A stretch of 64,000 nt of DNA from Syntrophales bacterium (GCA_963666365.2 CAXXNF010000001.1:416001-480000), one strand, 5' to 3'; shown: positions 38,101 to 49,192, counted from the first letter of the stretch. The notes: generated by a model not told the origin, from the sequence alone. A program made the numbers and translations.

Positions 38101-39999
38101 TTATTTTTTCGGATATCCGATTAACATTGTGGCTTTTTTTATCTCATTCAATACTTCGGGGTCGTCAATAGTCGAAGGAATCGTGTATTCCTCCCCATCG
38201 GTGATCTTACGGATTGTGCCCCGCAGCACCTTACCGCTTCTCGTTTTGGGAAGACGCGCCACAATGCTCACATCTTTTAAGCAGGCAAGGGCGCCGATTT
38301 CATCACGAACCATCGCAACGATTTCTCTTTGCACCTCGCGCGCATCCTTTTCCGTTCCTGTTTTAAGAACGGCAAAGGCCACGGGAACCTGTCCTTTGAG
38401 GGAATCGGCAACGCCGACTACTGCACATTCCGCCACATCGGGATGACCTGCGACCACCTCTTCCATCCCTCCCGTTGAGAGACGATGGCCAGCCACATTG
38501 ATGATATCGTCAACCCGCCCCATGACAAAGAGATAGCCCTCTTCGTCCTTGAATCCGTTATCGCCCGTGCTATAATACCCTTTAAAATCGGAAAGATATG
38601 ATTGGACGTAGTGGTCGTCTTTCTGCCAGAGCGTGGGAAGGCAGCCGGGCGGAAGGGGCAGCTTCACGGCAATAACCCCCTCTTCCCCATGGGGAACCTC
38701 TTTCGCGGCGTAATCAAGAATTCTCACATCGTATCCCGGCACCGCCTTTGTCGGCGACCCCGGCTTCAGGGGAAGCATCTCAATGCCCGCGCAATTCGCC
38801 GCCATGGGCCACCCTGATTCCGTCTGCCACCAGTGATCGATCACGGGAATATCGAGCAGATCGGAGGCCCAGTGATAGGTATCGGGATCGAGCCGTTCGC
38901 CGGCAAGAAAAAGGTATTTGAGACATGATATGTCGTATTTTTTTACATAGGCCCCTTCAGAGTCCTCCTTTTTAATGGCCCGAAAGGCCGTAGGCGCCGT
39001 AAAGAGGACTTTCACTCTGTGCTCCGACACCACCCGCCAGAAGGCGCCCGGATCGGGGGTTCCTACCGGCTTCCCCTCATACAGAACCGTCGTGCATCCC
39101 TGCAGCAAGGGTCCATAGACGATATATGAATGACCTACTGCCCAGCCCAGGTCGGAGGCCGCCCAATACACATCACCCGGATCGGTGTCATAAATATGTT
39201 TCATGCTCCATTTTAACGCCACCGCATGTCCACCGTTGTCGCGGACCACCCCCTTGGGGATGCCCGTTGTTCCCGAGGTATAAAGAATATAAAGGGGATC
39301 GGTTGCCTCCACCGGTTCGCAGGGCGCCGCCTGCGCCCCATCCAGTGCGCGGTTCCACTCTATGTCCCTCCCCTCAATCAAATCGGCCTTGACCTGTGGC
39401 CGCTGAAAGATGACGCATCGCTCCGGTTTATGACGGGAAAGGGCAATCGCCTGATCCAGAAGCGGTTTATAGGGAATGGGGCCTTTGGGCTCTATTCCGC
39501 AGGAGCCGGAAAGAATCACTTTCGGTTTCGCATCGTCTATCCGTATGGAAAGCTCGTTGGCGGCAAACCCTCCGAATACGAGCGAATGGACGGCGCCGAT
39601 GCGGGCGCAGGCAAGAACTCCCACAATCGTCTCGGGGATCATGGGCATATATATGATAACCCTGTCCCCTTTTTCAACGCCCAGCGATTTCAGGACGCCG
39701 GCAAAGCGTTCGACCTGACTCAGGAGTTCCTGATAGGTAATGGTGCGCACGCTGTTCGTCACCGGACTGTCGTATATGACGGCGACCTGATCGGCGCGCC
39801 CCATTGCAACATGATAGTCGAGGGCATTGTAACAGGTATTCAGGCGGCCACCGGCAAACCAGCGATAAAAGGGCAGCCGTGAATCATCGAGCACGCGATC
39901 CCATTTCTTTTTCCAGTGAATTTCCTCGGCGGCTTCGGCCCAGAATCCATCCCTGTCTTCCATTGAACGTCGAAATGCCTCATCATAGGATTTGTACAT
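38101..39999 (-). CDS. prpE: Propionyl-CoA synthetase-like AMP-forming acyl-CoA ligase, copy 2
   Basis: Same motifs as copy 1. Confidence 0.88.
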   Translation of the reverse strand: MYKSYDEAFRRSMEDRDGFWAEAAEEIHWKKKWDRVLDDSRLPFYRWFAGGRLNTCYNALDYHVAMGRADQVAVIYDSPVTNSVRTITYQELLSQVERFAGVLKSLGVEKGDRVIIYMPMIPETIVGVLACARIGAVHSLVFGGFAANELSIRIDDAKPKVILSGSCGIEPKGPIPYKPLLDQAIALSRHKPERCVIFQRPQVKADLIEGRDIEWNRALDGAQAAPCEPVEATDPLYILYTSGTTGIPKGVVRDNGGHAVALKWSMKHIYDTDPGDVYWAASDLGWAVGHSYIVYGPLLQGCTTVLYEGKPVGTPDPGAFWRVVSEHRVKVLFTAPTAFRAIKKEDSEGAYVKKYDISCLKYLFLAGERLDPDTYHWASDLLDIPVIDHWWQTESGWPMAANCAGIEMLPLKPGSPTKAVPGYDVRILDYAAKEVPHGEEGVIAVKLPLPPGCLPTLWQKDDHYVQSYLSDFKGYYSTGDNGFKDEEGYLFVMGRVDDIINVAGHRLSTGGMEEVVAGHPDVAECAVVGVADSLKGQVPVAFAVLKTGTEKDAREVQREIVAMVRDEIGALACLKDVSIVARLPKTRSGKVLRGTIRKITDGEEYTIPSTIDDPEVLNEIKKATMLIGYPKK

Positions 40000-40028
40000 A
40001 GTGGACCCCCCTTTTTTCTCGTTCTGCC

Positions 40029-40736
40029 TTACTGTCTCTCTCCGAAAATGGCCCTGCCGATTCTGACGATGGTAGCCCCTTCTTCGACGGCAACTTCGTA
40101 ATCGCCACTCATCCCCATGGAAAGTTCATTCATGAACACTCCGTCGATGTGCGCTTCGGCAACGCGGGCACTCAGAGCGCGGAGTTCGGAAAAATAAGGC
40201 CTGGAATCTTCCGGATCGGAAGACCAGGGCGGCATTGTCATCAACCCTTGAATTGAAAGGTTTGACAATGGGGCAATCGCCTGTACAAGGGGAAGGATTT
40301 CTTCCTTGACAATACCTCTTTTGCTTTCCTCTCCCGACAGATTGACTTCGATCAGGACCTTCATAGTTCTGTCGGCGCCCTTTGCCCTTCGATCGATCTC
40401 TTTGGCCAATGCAATTCTGTCGATGGAGTGAATCATATCGATGAATTGGACAGCATATTTTGCCTTGTTGCTCTGGAGGTGGCCGATCATATGCCATTCA
40501 ATGCTCTTCCCCAGCATTTCGATTTTCCGTCGCGCCTCCTGGATGTAGTTTTCGCCAATAATGTCCACGCCGATCTCCATTGCCTCGGCGATCCGGTCGT
40601 CATCCACCGTCTTGGTAACGGCCATGAGTCTCACATTCCGGGGATCGCGTCCCGACCGCAGGGCGGCCCCGGCGATTCTCTCTCGTATGGAGACTATATT
40701 CTTTTCAATTGCCGACATTGATTCCATCCTCTGCAT
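40029..40736 (-). CDS. yggS: PLP homeostasis protein YggS
   Basis: AVTK, GENY.QE, HMIG.LQSNK and LSMGMS.DY. Confidence 0.96.
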   Translation of the reverse strand: MQRMESMSAIEKNIVSIRERIAGAALRSGRDPRNVRLMAVTKTVDDDRIAEAMEIGVDIIGENYIQEARRKIEMLGKSIEWHMIGHLQSNKAKYAVQFIDMIHSIDRIALAKEIDRRAKGADRTMKVLIEVNLSGEESKRGIVKEEILPLVQAIAPLSNLSIQGLMTMPPWSSDPEDSRPYFSELRALSARVAEAHIDGVFMNELSMGMSGDYEVAVEEGATIVRIGRAIFGERQ

Positions 40737-40738
40737 CT

Positions 40739-41320
40739 TTACAAGAACCGGACTATCCCCACCTGTTTCAACGCCGCCACGACCTCGGTCAGGGGCAGAC
40801 CAATGACATTGGTATAGGATCCGTGTATCTCTTGAATAAAAAACGCCGCCTTCCCCTGAACGGCATAGGCGCCTGCCTTGTCATAGGGCTCCTCGGTACC
40901 CACATACCATTCAATTTCATCATCGGGCAACTCTTTAAAACGCACCGTCGATTCAACCGCACCTGAAATGCTGATATTGCTGCTTTTTCTGACAAGAGAA
41001 AAACCGGTCATCACCCGATGCGCTCTTCCGCTGAGGATTCGAAGCATTTTTTTGGCGTGATCCCTGTTGTCAGGCTTTCCAAGAATCCGCCCATCGACAA
41101 TCACTATAGTATCTGCACCTAAAATCCATGAATCGGGGCGCCTCTCGGCGACAAAAGAAGCTTTCTCCAGGGAAAGCCTCAGGGTATGATCCCGCGGTGT
41201 CTCTCCCTCACCTTCCGGTTCGTCGATGCCACTGGGTATGACCTCGAACTTCAGTCCTAATCCTCCCAGCAATTCCCTTCGTCGAGGAGAGAGAGAGGCC
41301 AGCACAAATGATTCATTCAT
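40739..41320 (-). CDS. maf: Maf-family nucleoside triphosphate pyrophosphatase
   Basis: LAS.SPRR, GADTIV, KP, DKAGAY and NVIGLP. Confidence 0.95.
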   Translation of the reverse strand: MNESFVLASLSPRRRELLGGLGLKFEVIPSGIDEPEGEGETPRDHTLRLSLEKASFVAERRPDSWILGADTIVIVDGRILGKPDNRDHAKKMLRILSGRAHRVMTGFSLVRKSSNISISGAVESTVRFKELPDDEIEWYVGTEEPYDKAGAYAVQGKAAFFIQEIHGSYTNVIGLPLTEVVAALKQVGIVRFL

Positions 41321-41376
41321 TATCACAACATCCTGTCGTTTATTTATATCAGAAAAGGAATGCACCACGCCCCTTT

Positions 41377-41766
41377 TCAGATTGTTTTGACCCACACTTT
41401 CCTCGTACGGGGCCCGTCAAACTCGCAAAAAAAGATCGACTGCCAGGTACCGAGCATCAATCGGCCGTTCTCCACCATTACCAGTTCCGATGCACCTATC
41501 AGCGAGGCCTTGATATGAGCCGCCGAATTTCCCTCAAAATGCCGGTACCCGTCATCAAGAGGAATGACACTGCCCAGCTCTTTCAAAATGTCCGCAGGAA
41601 CATCGGGATCGGCATTCTCATTGATTGTAACGGCCGCCGTTGTGTGGGGCACACACACATGGCAGAGACCATCTTTTAAGGACGAGTCGGCAACGGCAGT
41701 CTGTACCTGCAGTGTGATATCGATCATCTCGAAGCGCGAATGAGTTCGCACAATCAATTCTTTCAT
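41377..41766 (-). CDS. yjbQ: YjbQ (UPF0047) protein
   Basis: PHTTA..TINEN.DP, H.EGNS.AH, LGTWQ and EFDGPR. Confidence 0.95.
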   Translation of the reverse strand: MKELIVRTHSRFEMIDITLQVQTAVADSSLKDGLCHVCVPHTTAAVTINENADPDVPADILKELGSVIPLDDGYRHFEGNSAAHIKASLIGASELVMVENGRLMLGTWQSIFFCEFDGPRTRKVWVKTI

Positions 41767-41958
41767 AAAATACCTCCTCCGAATCTGTTCTTCAATTAGC
41801 TTTTGACTTGACCCTGCCGCTCGGTTATAGTGCCGTACTATAATTTATAATCTTTATTTTTTCAATGAATGAAGCCTTCTCCAACAAGGAATGATAGCAG
41901 GAATTAAGGATTTAAAAAAGTTTCCACACCATTGAGTGTGCATTGCTGAGGTGGATAT

Positions 41959-42723
41959 ATGCATATAGTTCTGTCAATTTTCTTTTTTGTTGTCGGTGCG
42001 GCCGTGGGGAGTTTTCTTAATGTCTGCATTTTCAGGATACCCGAAGGAAAATCCATAGTCCTTCCCTCTTCACACTGCTTCAGCTGCGGAAAGCCTATCC
42101 GCTATTACGACAACATCCCGATACTCAGCTTCCTCATACTGAGAGGCGCCTGCCGCAACTGCGGCGCGAAACTATCCTTCCAATATCCGGCCGTGGAGCT
42201 TTTGACGGGAGTAATGTCCCTTGTGCTCTATCGTACCTACGGACTTTCATTCTCGTTTCTTTTCACCTTTCTTTTCACCGCGACACTGATCGTGATTACA
42301 TTCATCGATCTTCGCCACCAAATCATACCCCACGCATTGACGCTTCCCGGCATACCTTTCTTCTGCTTTGCCGCGGTCTTTTTCATGGGCCTCGCCCCGT
42401 TGGAGGGATTTCTGGGTATTATGATCGGCGCGGGCAGCCTCTATTTTGTGGCAGTCTATTATGAAGCCCTGACAGGTCGCGAGGGCATGGGAGGCGGCGA
42501 CATCAATTTGATTGCAATGATGGGGGGATTTTTGGGATGGAAATCACTTATATATATTATACTCGTCTCTTCCTTCGCCGGTGCGATAATAGGCATTGCC
42601 CTCATGATCGGGAAGGGGAAAGATACAAAATACGCAGTCCCCTTCGGACCTTTCCTCTCAATCGGCGCCGTTTCCTACCTTTTTTTCAGCGAATATTGGG
42701 TTCGTTTTCTCTTCATGCGGTAG
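41959..42723 (+). CDS. pilD: Prepilin peptidase/N-methyltransferase (A24)
   Basis: GSFLNV.I.R.P, two CxxC, GMGGGD and PFGPFL. Confidence 0.95.
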   Translation: MHIVLSIFFFVVGAAVGSFLNVCIFRIPEGKSIVLPSSHCFSCGKPIRYYDNIPILSFLILRGACRNCGAKLSFQYPAVELLTGVMSLVLYRTYGLSFSFLFTFLFTATLIVITFIDLRHQIIPHALTLPGIPFFCFAAVFFMGLAPLEGFLGIMIGAGSLYFVAVYYEALTGREGMGGGDINLIAMMGGFLGWKSLIYIILVSSFAGAIIGIALMIGKGKDTKYAVPFGPFLSIGAVSYLFFSEYWVRFLFMR

Positions 42724-42785
42724 GATCTTCCGCCATTGCCCATGACCCAGAATCGCCAGGGGATGGCGAAAGGTTATCAATTTTC

Positions 42786-42814
42786 TTGATTTAAAATCAC
42801 ATCCATATTATAAG
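42786..42814 (+). promoter_or_regulatory. Putative sigma70 promoter of argS
   Basis: TTGATT-N17-TATAAG. Confidence 0.6.
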
Positions 42815-42918
42815 GCCGGTGGCAAAAAACCCAGTCGGTGCACTCAAAAAAAGACTCAGGGGTTGGCCGTGGCGCCAACTATTCCTTTTTATATACCCTG
42901 ACATGAGAATGAAGAATT

Positions 42919-44583
42919 ATGAAGAAGAAACTGGCTCAATTACTGAAAAAGGCGATCACACTCTGTTTTGAGAAGGGCCTCCTCACGGAATGTGCGCTCC
43001 CTTTTATCGAAGTGGAACTCCCCCGTGAGAATGCGCACGGCGACTATGCAACCAATCTTGCCATGATGCTCGCATCGACACAGAAACGCAATCCCCGGAA
43101 GATAGCCGAACATATCATCGATGCACTCGATGACGCGGAAGGAATACTGGAGTCCGTGGAAATCGCCGGTCCCGGCTTTATCAATTTCTTCATAAAAAAG
43201 GAGTTCTGGACGACCCTGCTGAAAGACGTGGATGAACTCGCAGAAAGATACGGTGCCTCCACTCTGGGACAAGGAGAGAAAATACAGGTCGAGTTCGTAA
43301 GCGCCAATCCCACTGGACCACTCCACATCGGGCATGCCCGGGGCGCCGTTATCGGCGATGTGATTGCGCGAATACTGGAGGTATCGGGATACAACGTATC
43401 CAGAGAATACTATATCAACGACGCCGGCAATCAGATGAACATGCTGGGGCGATCTGTGTACTACCGGCTGCGTACACTCCGGGGCGAAACGATCGAGTTC
43501 CCTTCCGACTGTTATCAGGGAGAGTATATCACCGATCTCGCTAAAGAAATCATCCATATGCAGGGTGACGCATTACAAGAGAAGAGTAAGGATGAACTTA
43601 TCCCCTTCTTAACCGACTATGCCGCCGCCTCCATTCTGGAGGGCATAAAGGAAGATCTCCAGGCCTTCGGCATTGTCTTTGACTGCTATTTCAGTGAAAA
43701 GAAGCTCTATAAAGACAAGGGCATTGCCAGGCTCCTTGAAAACCTTCAGCAGGCAGGATTTATCTACAAGGAAGGAAGCACTCTCTGGTTTCGCACAACC
43801 GATTTCGGAGACGAAAAAGACCGGGTCGTGGTAAGGGAGAACGGAGAACCGACATATTTTGCAGCCGATATCGGCTATCATAAAAACAAATATGAACGGG
43901 GATTCACAAAGGTAATCGATATATGGGGCGCCGATCATCACGGCTATATACCCCGCATGTACGCAGGCATACAGGCTATCGGAAAATCGAAAAATGCCCT
44001 TGATGTGGTTCTGGTGCAGCTCGTGAATCTTTTGCGTGACGGTGTTCCTGTCGCCATGTCCACCAGGGCCGGCGAGTTTGTCACCCTGAGAGAAGTGATC
44101 GATGAGGTGGGTAAGGATGCCGCCCGTTACAATTTTCTCATGCGGCGCTCCAACAGTCACCTGGACTTCGACCTCGAGTTGGCCAAGCGGCAGTCCAACG
44201 AAAATCCCGTGTACTATGTTCAGTATGCCCATGCACGCATCGCAAGCATCATGAGAATGGCGGAAGAACGGGGATACCCGGTTCCATCCTATGGCGAGGT
44301 TGATCTGGGCCTTCTCACGCTTGAGGAGGAACACACGCTGGTAAAGGCCATAGATCAGTTTCCCGAGTTGATTGAAGCAAGTGCGCGCACCCTTGAACCT
44401 CACCGAATTCCCTTTTACATTAATGACCTTGCATCCGTCTTTCACAGTTACTACAATAAAAACCGAGTCATCTCAGATGACGGTGCACTGACAACGGCAC
44501 GGCTCTTTCTTGTAAAAACCGTCGGTATTGTATTGAAAAATGCACTCGGCATGCTGGGGGTATCGGCCCCGGAACGAATGTAG
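42919..44583 (+). CDS. argS: Arginine--tRNA ligase
   Basis: [36 protein letters not shown] and C-terminal PERM. Confidence 0.99.
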   Translation: MKKKLAQLLKKAITLCFEKGLLTECALPFIEVELPRENAHGDYATNLAMMLASTQKRNPRKIAEHIIDALDDAEGILESVEIAGPGFINFFIKKEFWTTLLKDVDELAERYGASTLGQGEKIQVEFVSANPTGPLHIGHARGAVIGDVIARILEVSGYNVSREYYINDAGNQMNMLGRSVYYRLRTLRGETIEFPSDCYQGEYITDLAKEIIHMQGDALQEKSKDELIPFLTDYAAASILEGIKEDLQAFGIVFDCYFSEKKLYKDKGIARLLENLQQAGFIYKEGSTLWFRTTDFGDEKDRVVVRENGEPTYFAADIGYHKNKYERGFTKVIDIWGADHHGYIPRMYAGIQAIGKSKNALDVVLVQLVNLLRDGVPVAMSTRAGEFVTLREVIDEVGKDAARYNFLMRRSNSHLDFDLELAKRQSNENPVYYVQYAHARIASIMRMAEERGYPVPSYGEVDLGLLTLEEEHTLVKAIDQFPELIEASARTLEPHRIPFYINDLASVFHSYYNKNRVISDDGALTTARLFLVKTVGIVLKNALGMLGVSAPERM

Positions 44584-44635
44584 GGTGAGGCGCTTCGCAA
44601 TCACTGCGGCAGCAGGGTAAGGCAAGGTCCGTCCA

Positions 44636-45277
44636 ATGCCATCTAAACGGGGTAAAAAATTTGAATTCAGACTGGGAACGGTCGGACTTACCCTCTTTAC
44701 GTGCGGCATATCGGTACTGCTGTTGGGCGCCTTTGTGTTCGGCGTATTTGTGGGAAAAAAAATTGAAAGCTACCCCCATAAAATCGCTTCGATGCCCGCG
44801 ACGATTACACAAAAAATCGTCCCCCCGAAGCCTGCAACTGGCGATACCGTAAAAAAAGATGAATTTTCCTTTACTTTTTACGATACGTTGCAAAATAAGG
44901 AAAGCGACCGGACGCACCTGAAACTAAATGAAGGACCGCCCTCTCAGGCGACTCCGGAAAGAGCGCCCCCGGCCCAATCGACACCTTCAAAGTCGGCGCC
45001 GGACAGTACGCCGGAAAAAGAAACAAGCGGGAAGAGGGGATATTATATGATTCAGGTTGCCTCCTTCAAGGAAAGGGCCCGGATGGAAAGGCTCCGCACA
45101 CAATTGGCATCACTGGGATATTTCGCGGTTTCCGACAAACATACCCTGCCTCATAAAGGCACGTGGTTTCGCCTGAGCATAGGCGGGTTTGAAAGTCTCG
45201 AAGCGGCACAAAAGGAATCGGCCAGGATCGAGAGGTCCATACGAGGGCTTAAGTGCCTGGTTCGATCGGAAAAATGA
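44636..45277 (+). CDS. SPOR-domain membrane protein (FtsN-like)
   Basis: N-terminal TM, FTFYDTL, Pro-rich linker, and IQVASF...WFR SPOR domain; follows argS. Confidence 0.88.
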   Translation: MPSKRGKKFEFRLGTVGLTLFTCGISVLLLGAFVFGVFVGKKIESYPHKIASMPATITQKIVPPKPATGDTVKKDEFSFTFYDTLQNKESDRTHLKLNEGPPSQATPERAPPAQSTPSKSAPDSTPEKETSGKRGYYMIQVASFKERARMERLRTQLASLGYFAVSDKHTLPHKGTWFRLSIGGFESLEAAQKESARIERSIRGLKCLVRSEK

Positions 45278-45295
45278 ATGCAATAGGATTGTATC

Positions 45296-46627
45296 ATGTT
45301 CGAAAGTCTTACCGATAAGCTGGACAATGTCTTCAAAAAATTGAAGGGCAAGGGAACTCTTGACGAGGAAAGCGTCGGATTGGCGTTGAAAGACATCCGC
45401 ATGGCCCTCCTCGAAGCCGATGTGAATTTTAAGGTTGTCAAGGAGTTTATTGAAGATGTGCGGATACGGGCTGTCGGTCATGAAGTGCTGGAAAGCATTA
45501 CACCGGGACAGCAGATTGTAAAGATTGTCCATGACAGACTCGTCGAATTAATGGGCAAAGAAGAAAGCCAGTTAAAGCTTACGAACAAATTTCCCACCTC
45601 CATTATGCTGGTAGGCCTTCAAGGATGCGGAAAAACCACCACCGCGGCAAAACTGTGCCGTTTTCTCCAGAATATGGGAAGAAGAACCGCCCTTGTGTCG
45701 GCCGACGTCTACCGACCTGCGGCGATGGATCAGTTAAAGATACTGGGTGAAAAGATCGGCGCCGGTGTGTATGCCGCGCACAATGAAAAAGATCCCGTCA
45801 AAATTTGTGTCAACGCCGTCGAGTATGCGAGGACCGGTGGATATGACACCCTCATCATCGATACGGCAGGCCGGCTCCACATCGACAAGGAATTGATGGA
45901 CGAGTTGAAGCGCATCAAGGGCGCCGTCAAACCAGCGGAAATTTTACTGGTCGCCGACGCCATGACCGGGCAGGATGCCGTTGCCGTTGCCGAATCCTTC
46001 AACGAAACACTGACAATCGACGGTGTCGTACTCACCAAAATAGATGGTGACGCCCGTGGCGGCGCCGCCCTTTCTCTTCGCAAAGTGACGGGCAAACCGA
46101 TTAAATTTATCGGCGTCGGGGAAAAAATCGACGCCATCGAACCCTTTCATTCCGAACGGATGGCATCAAGAATCCTGGGCATGGGAGACATTCTCACGCT
46201 GGTGGAAAAAGCACAGACCACCATCGATGAAAAGGCCGCAAAGGAGCTCGAAAAGAAGATACGGAAAGACGCCTTCACCCTTGAGGACCTGAAATCCCAG
46301 ATTCTTCAGATTAAAAAGATGGGACCCTTACAGGACATTCTCGGCATGATCCCGGGCATGAACAAGATCAAGGCACTGAAAAATATGAAACCCGATGAGG
46401 GGGAATTAATAAAGGTCGTCGCTATCATAGATTCCATGACCAAAAAGGAGCGGGTAAATCACAAAATAATCGACGGTCAGCGGAGAAAGCGCATAGCCCG
46501 GGGAAGCGGAACGTCCGTTCAGGATGTGAATCGCGTACTTAAAAATTATGTAGAAATGAAAAAAATGATGAAAAAAATGACCAAGGGCGGAATGAAATCG
46601 GCGGCTCGCGGCAATTTACCCTTTTAA
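45296..46627 (+). CDS. ffh: Signal recognition particle protein
   Basis: GLQGCGKTT, DTAGR, DGDARGGAA and Met-rich M domain. Confidence 0.99.
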   Translation: MFESLTDKLDNVFKKLKGKGTLDEESVGLALKDIRMALLEADVNFKVVKEFIEDVRIRAVGHEVLESITPGQQIVKIVHDRLVELMGKEESQLKLTNKFPTSIMLVGLQGCGKTTTAAKLCRFLQNMGRRTALVSADVYRPAAMDQLKILGEKIGAGVYAAHNEKDPVKICVNAVEYARTGGYDTLIIDTAGRLHIDKELMDELKRIKGAVKPAEILLVADAMTGQDAVAVAESFNETLTIDGVVLTKIDGDARGGAALSLRKVTGKPIKFIGVGEKIDAIEPFHSERMASRILGMGDILTLVEKAQTTIDEKAAKELEKKIRKDAFTLEDLKSQILQIKKMGPLQDILGMIPGMNKIKALKNMKPDEGELIKVVAIIDSMTKKERVNHKIIDGQRRKRIARGSGTSVQDVNRVLKNYVEMKKMMKKMTKGGMKSAARGNLPF

Positions 46628-46738
46628 TAAAAGAAATTATATGTTAGATAGCTACATTAGTTTCTTTTTTGAAGCTTTTCAAAAAGGAAAAAATTGCATG
46701 CTAAAATAATGTTTCAGCGGAGGTGGTAATACAAAGGA

Positions 46739-47041
46739 ATGGCAGTTAAAATCAGACTTACACGAATGGGCTCAAAGAAAAAACCTTTCTACAGAATTGT
46801 GGCGGCTGACGGTGAAGCACCGCGAGATGGAAGGTTTATAGAAATTTTGGGGAATTATGATCCGTTACAGGATCCTGCGGTGGTGAACCTGAAAGAGGAT
46901 CGAATCGCGGAGTGGTTGTCGAGAGGGGCAAAACCGACTGAAACGGTGGTAAATATATTGAAAAAGAAAGGAGTGTCAACAGAAAAGGCACGTCAGGCGA
47001 AAGAAGAACAGGCCCGAGCAGACCAGTCAACGGTTTCTTAA
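46739..47041 (+). CDS. rpsP: 30S ribosomal protein S16
   Basis: [19 protein letters not shown]. Confidence 0.99.
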   Translation: MAVKIRLTRMGSKKKPFYRIVAADGEAPRDGRFIEILGNYDPLQDPAVVNLKEDRIAEWLSRGAKPTETVVNILKKKGVSTEKARQAKEEQARADQSTVS

Positions 47042-47062
47042 TAACACTCTGTGGAGGTTGGC

Positions 47063-47296
47063 ATGATGAAAGATTTGATCAAGTATATCGCACAGGCATT
47101 GGTTGACCATCCCGAGGAAGTTGATGTCTCTGAGGTAGTGGGTGAGCAAACTTCGGTAATCGAACTAAGGGTTACCAAAGACGACCTTGGCAAGGTAATT
47201 GGAAAGCAGGGAAAAACTGCAAAGGCAATGAGAACCATCTTGAGTGCGGCATCATCCAAGCTCAACAAAAGAGCGGTGCTGGAAATCATCGAATAG
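47063..47296 (+). CDS. khpA: KH-domain RNA-binding protein
   Basis: LVDHPE.V and [10 protein letters not shown]. Confidence 0.95.
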   Translation: MMKDLIKYIAQALVDHPEEVDVSEVVGEQTSVIELRVTKDDLGKVIGKQGKTAKAMRTILSAASSKLNKRAVLEIIE

Positions 47297-47806
47297 TTGA
47301 AGGACCTGATTACTATAGGAAAGATTATCGGATCCAGCGGGCTCAGCGGCCGCATAAAGGTGGTGCTGTACACCGAATCGCCGCACATTTTAGAGACCGG
47401 CGCTGCTGTGCACATAGGGCAGGGTAAAAAATCAACGTCTTCGCTCGCCATAAAACGCATACTCCAAAGGGGCAAAAACTGCCTCATCGAATTTGAGGGC
47501 ATCGATACCGTAGATGCGGCAAATCTTTTGAAAGGACAGTATCTTTACCTCCCGCGGGAAATGATGGCCGAGCCCGACGAAGGCGAATACTACTGGCACG
47601 ATATTATCGGTCTTGCCGTGATTACCGAAGAAGGAGAAGAGCTGGGCTATATTACCTCCATTCTGCCCACGGGAAGCAATGATGTGTACATTTGCGAAGG
47701 AACAAAGGGCGAAATTCTCCTTCCCGCCATAGAAGAGGTCATTAAATCCATAGACATCGGACGAGGCGTGATAATCGTCGAAATGCTTGAAGGACTTGTC
47801 ACATGA
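47297..47806 (+). CDS. rimM: Ribosome maturation factor RimM
   Basis: [17 protein letters not shown] and operon position. Confidence 0.95.
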   Translation: MKDLITIGKIIGSSGLSGRIKVVLYTESPHILETGAAVHIGQGKKSTSSLAIKRILQRGKNCLIEFEGIDTVDAANLLKGQYLYLPREMMAEPDEGEYYWHDIIGLAVITEEGEELGYITSILPTGSNDVYICEGTKGEILLPAIEEVIKSIDIGRGVIIVEMLEGLVT

Positions 47807-47807
47807 A

Positions 47808-48548
47808 ATGATTATATTTGATATTTTTACTCTCTTTCCGGAGATGTTTCTTTCCCCCTTACAATCGAGTCTCCTCAAAAAGGCCATCGACAAAGGCATT
47901 ATCGAAATAGGGCTTCATAATATTCGCGATTACGCGGAAGGAAAGCACCGTGTCGCCGATGACACGCCCTATGGAGGCGGAGGGGGAATGGTAATGAAGG
48001 TGGAACCGATAGCAAAGGCCCTTAAAGCGATCGTCCCTGACAGGTCGACGACGCTGGTCGTGCTCCTTTCTCCGCAGGGTGAGGTGTTTACCCAGACAAA
48101 GGCGGAAGAATTAGCCGGCTACAGCCATATAGCGCTCATTTGCGGACATTATGAGGGAATCGACGAAAGAATACGGCGCTATCTGGTAGACCGGGAACTA
48201 TCAATAGGCGATTATGTGTTGACCGGCGGAGAACTCCCCGCAATGGTTCTCGTAGATGCAGTGGCTCGATTGATTCCGGGATTTACAGGAAATGTCGAAT
48301 CTGTGCGTAACGACTCCCACACAACAGGGCTTCTGGAAGGACCGCACTATACAAAACCCAGTGTCTACAATGGATGGGAGGTCCCCGCGGTGTTGCTTTC
48401 AGGTCACGAAAAGCGTATAAGAGACTGGCGGCGAAGGGAATCTCTCAGACGCACGCTTGAGAGAAGGCCCGAGCTCCTTGCACGCATTGATTTGACGGAA
48501 GAAGATGAACACATCCTTGCCGCGCTCAAGGGTGAACGTAGTGAATAA
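47808..48548 (+). CDS. trmD: tRNA (guanine37-N1) methyltransferase
   Basis: [20 protein letters not shown] and [11 protein letters not shown]. Confidence 0.98.
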   Translation: MIIFDIFTLFPEMFLSPLQSSLLKKAIDKGIIEIGLHNIRDYAEGKHRVADDTPYGGGGGMVMKVEPIAKALKAIVPDRSTTLVVLLSPQGEVFTQTKAEELAGYSHIALICGHYEGIDERIRRYLVDRELSIGDYVLTGGELPAMVLVDAVARLIPGFTGNVESVRNDSHTTGLLEGPHYTKPSVYNGWEVPAVLLSGHEKRIRDWRRRESLRRTLERRPELLARIDLTEEDEHILAALKGERSE

Positions 48549-49104
48549 CCTTTACATTGCTCTTTTGCATTACCCGGTCTATGACAAGCACAGAAACATT
48601 GTCACCACATCGGTGACCAATATGGACGTACATGATATATCCAGGGCCGCAAAAACTTACGGCGTGGAAAGGTTCTTTATCGTCACGCCTCTGGAATCCC
48701 AGCGTGCGTTTGTTCATCGAATCCTCTATCACTGGCAGAAAGGGTTCGGGGCGACCTTCAACCCATCGAGAAAGGAGGCGCTCGACATACTTGAAACCAG
48801 GGGCTCGCTCGACGAGGTTATCGGTGATATAAAGGCGCGGACGAACCGTGAGGTGCGAGTAATTACCACAACGGCATCCCGCCATTTCCGAAGTACCTCC
48901 TATGGGGCATTCGGCGACATGCTCTCAAACGACGCAGCGAACCATCTTCTTATCTTCGGCACAGGCTGGGGCATTGCGGAAGAAATACTTGCAAGAGCCG
49001 ACATTATCCTGGAGCCGCTTACAGGCCCGACGCCATACAATCATCTCTCAGTCCGTTCGGCCGTCGCCATCGTCCTTGACAGACTGTCAGAACGCCGGCG
49101 ATAA
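48541..49104 (+). CDS. SPOUT-class RNA methyltransferase of unknown target
   Basis: ALLHYPV, TN.DVHDI.R, FGTGWG and YNHLSVRSA. Confidence 0.88.
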   Translation: MNNLYIALLHYPVYDKHRNIVTTSVTNMDVHDISRAAKTYGVERFFIVTPLESQRAFVHRILYHWQKGFGATFNPSRKEALDILETRGSLDEVIGDIKARTNREVRVITTTASRHFRSTSYGAFGDMLSNDAANHLLIFGTGWGIAEEILARADIILEPLTGPTPYNHLSVRSAVAIVLDRLSERRR

Positions 49105-49162
49105 TTTTCACCACACCGGCACGATATGTTTTTGATTCCGAAGCATTTGCAGTCGTTTTCGA

Positions 49163-49192
49163 TTGACATTTACCAACGCTTTGTTTTATATA
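49163..49192 (+). promoter_or_regulatory. Putative sigma70 promoter of rplS
   Basis: TTGACA-N18-TATATA. Confidence 0.6.

Noticed and set aside
41767..41958. AT-rich gap at a switch in gene orientation, possible oriC
   Set aside because: Only one poor DnaA-box-like word and no dnaA/dnaN/gidA context; explained by divergent promoters
42815..42918. T-box or c-di-GMP-I riboswitch before argS
   Set aside because: No T-box GGTGGNACC sequence, too short, and no GNRA/receptor architecture after GGCAAA
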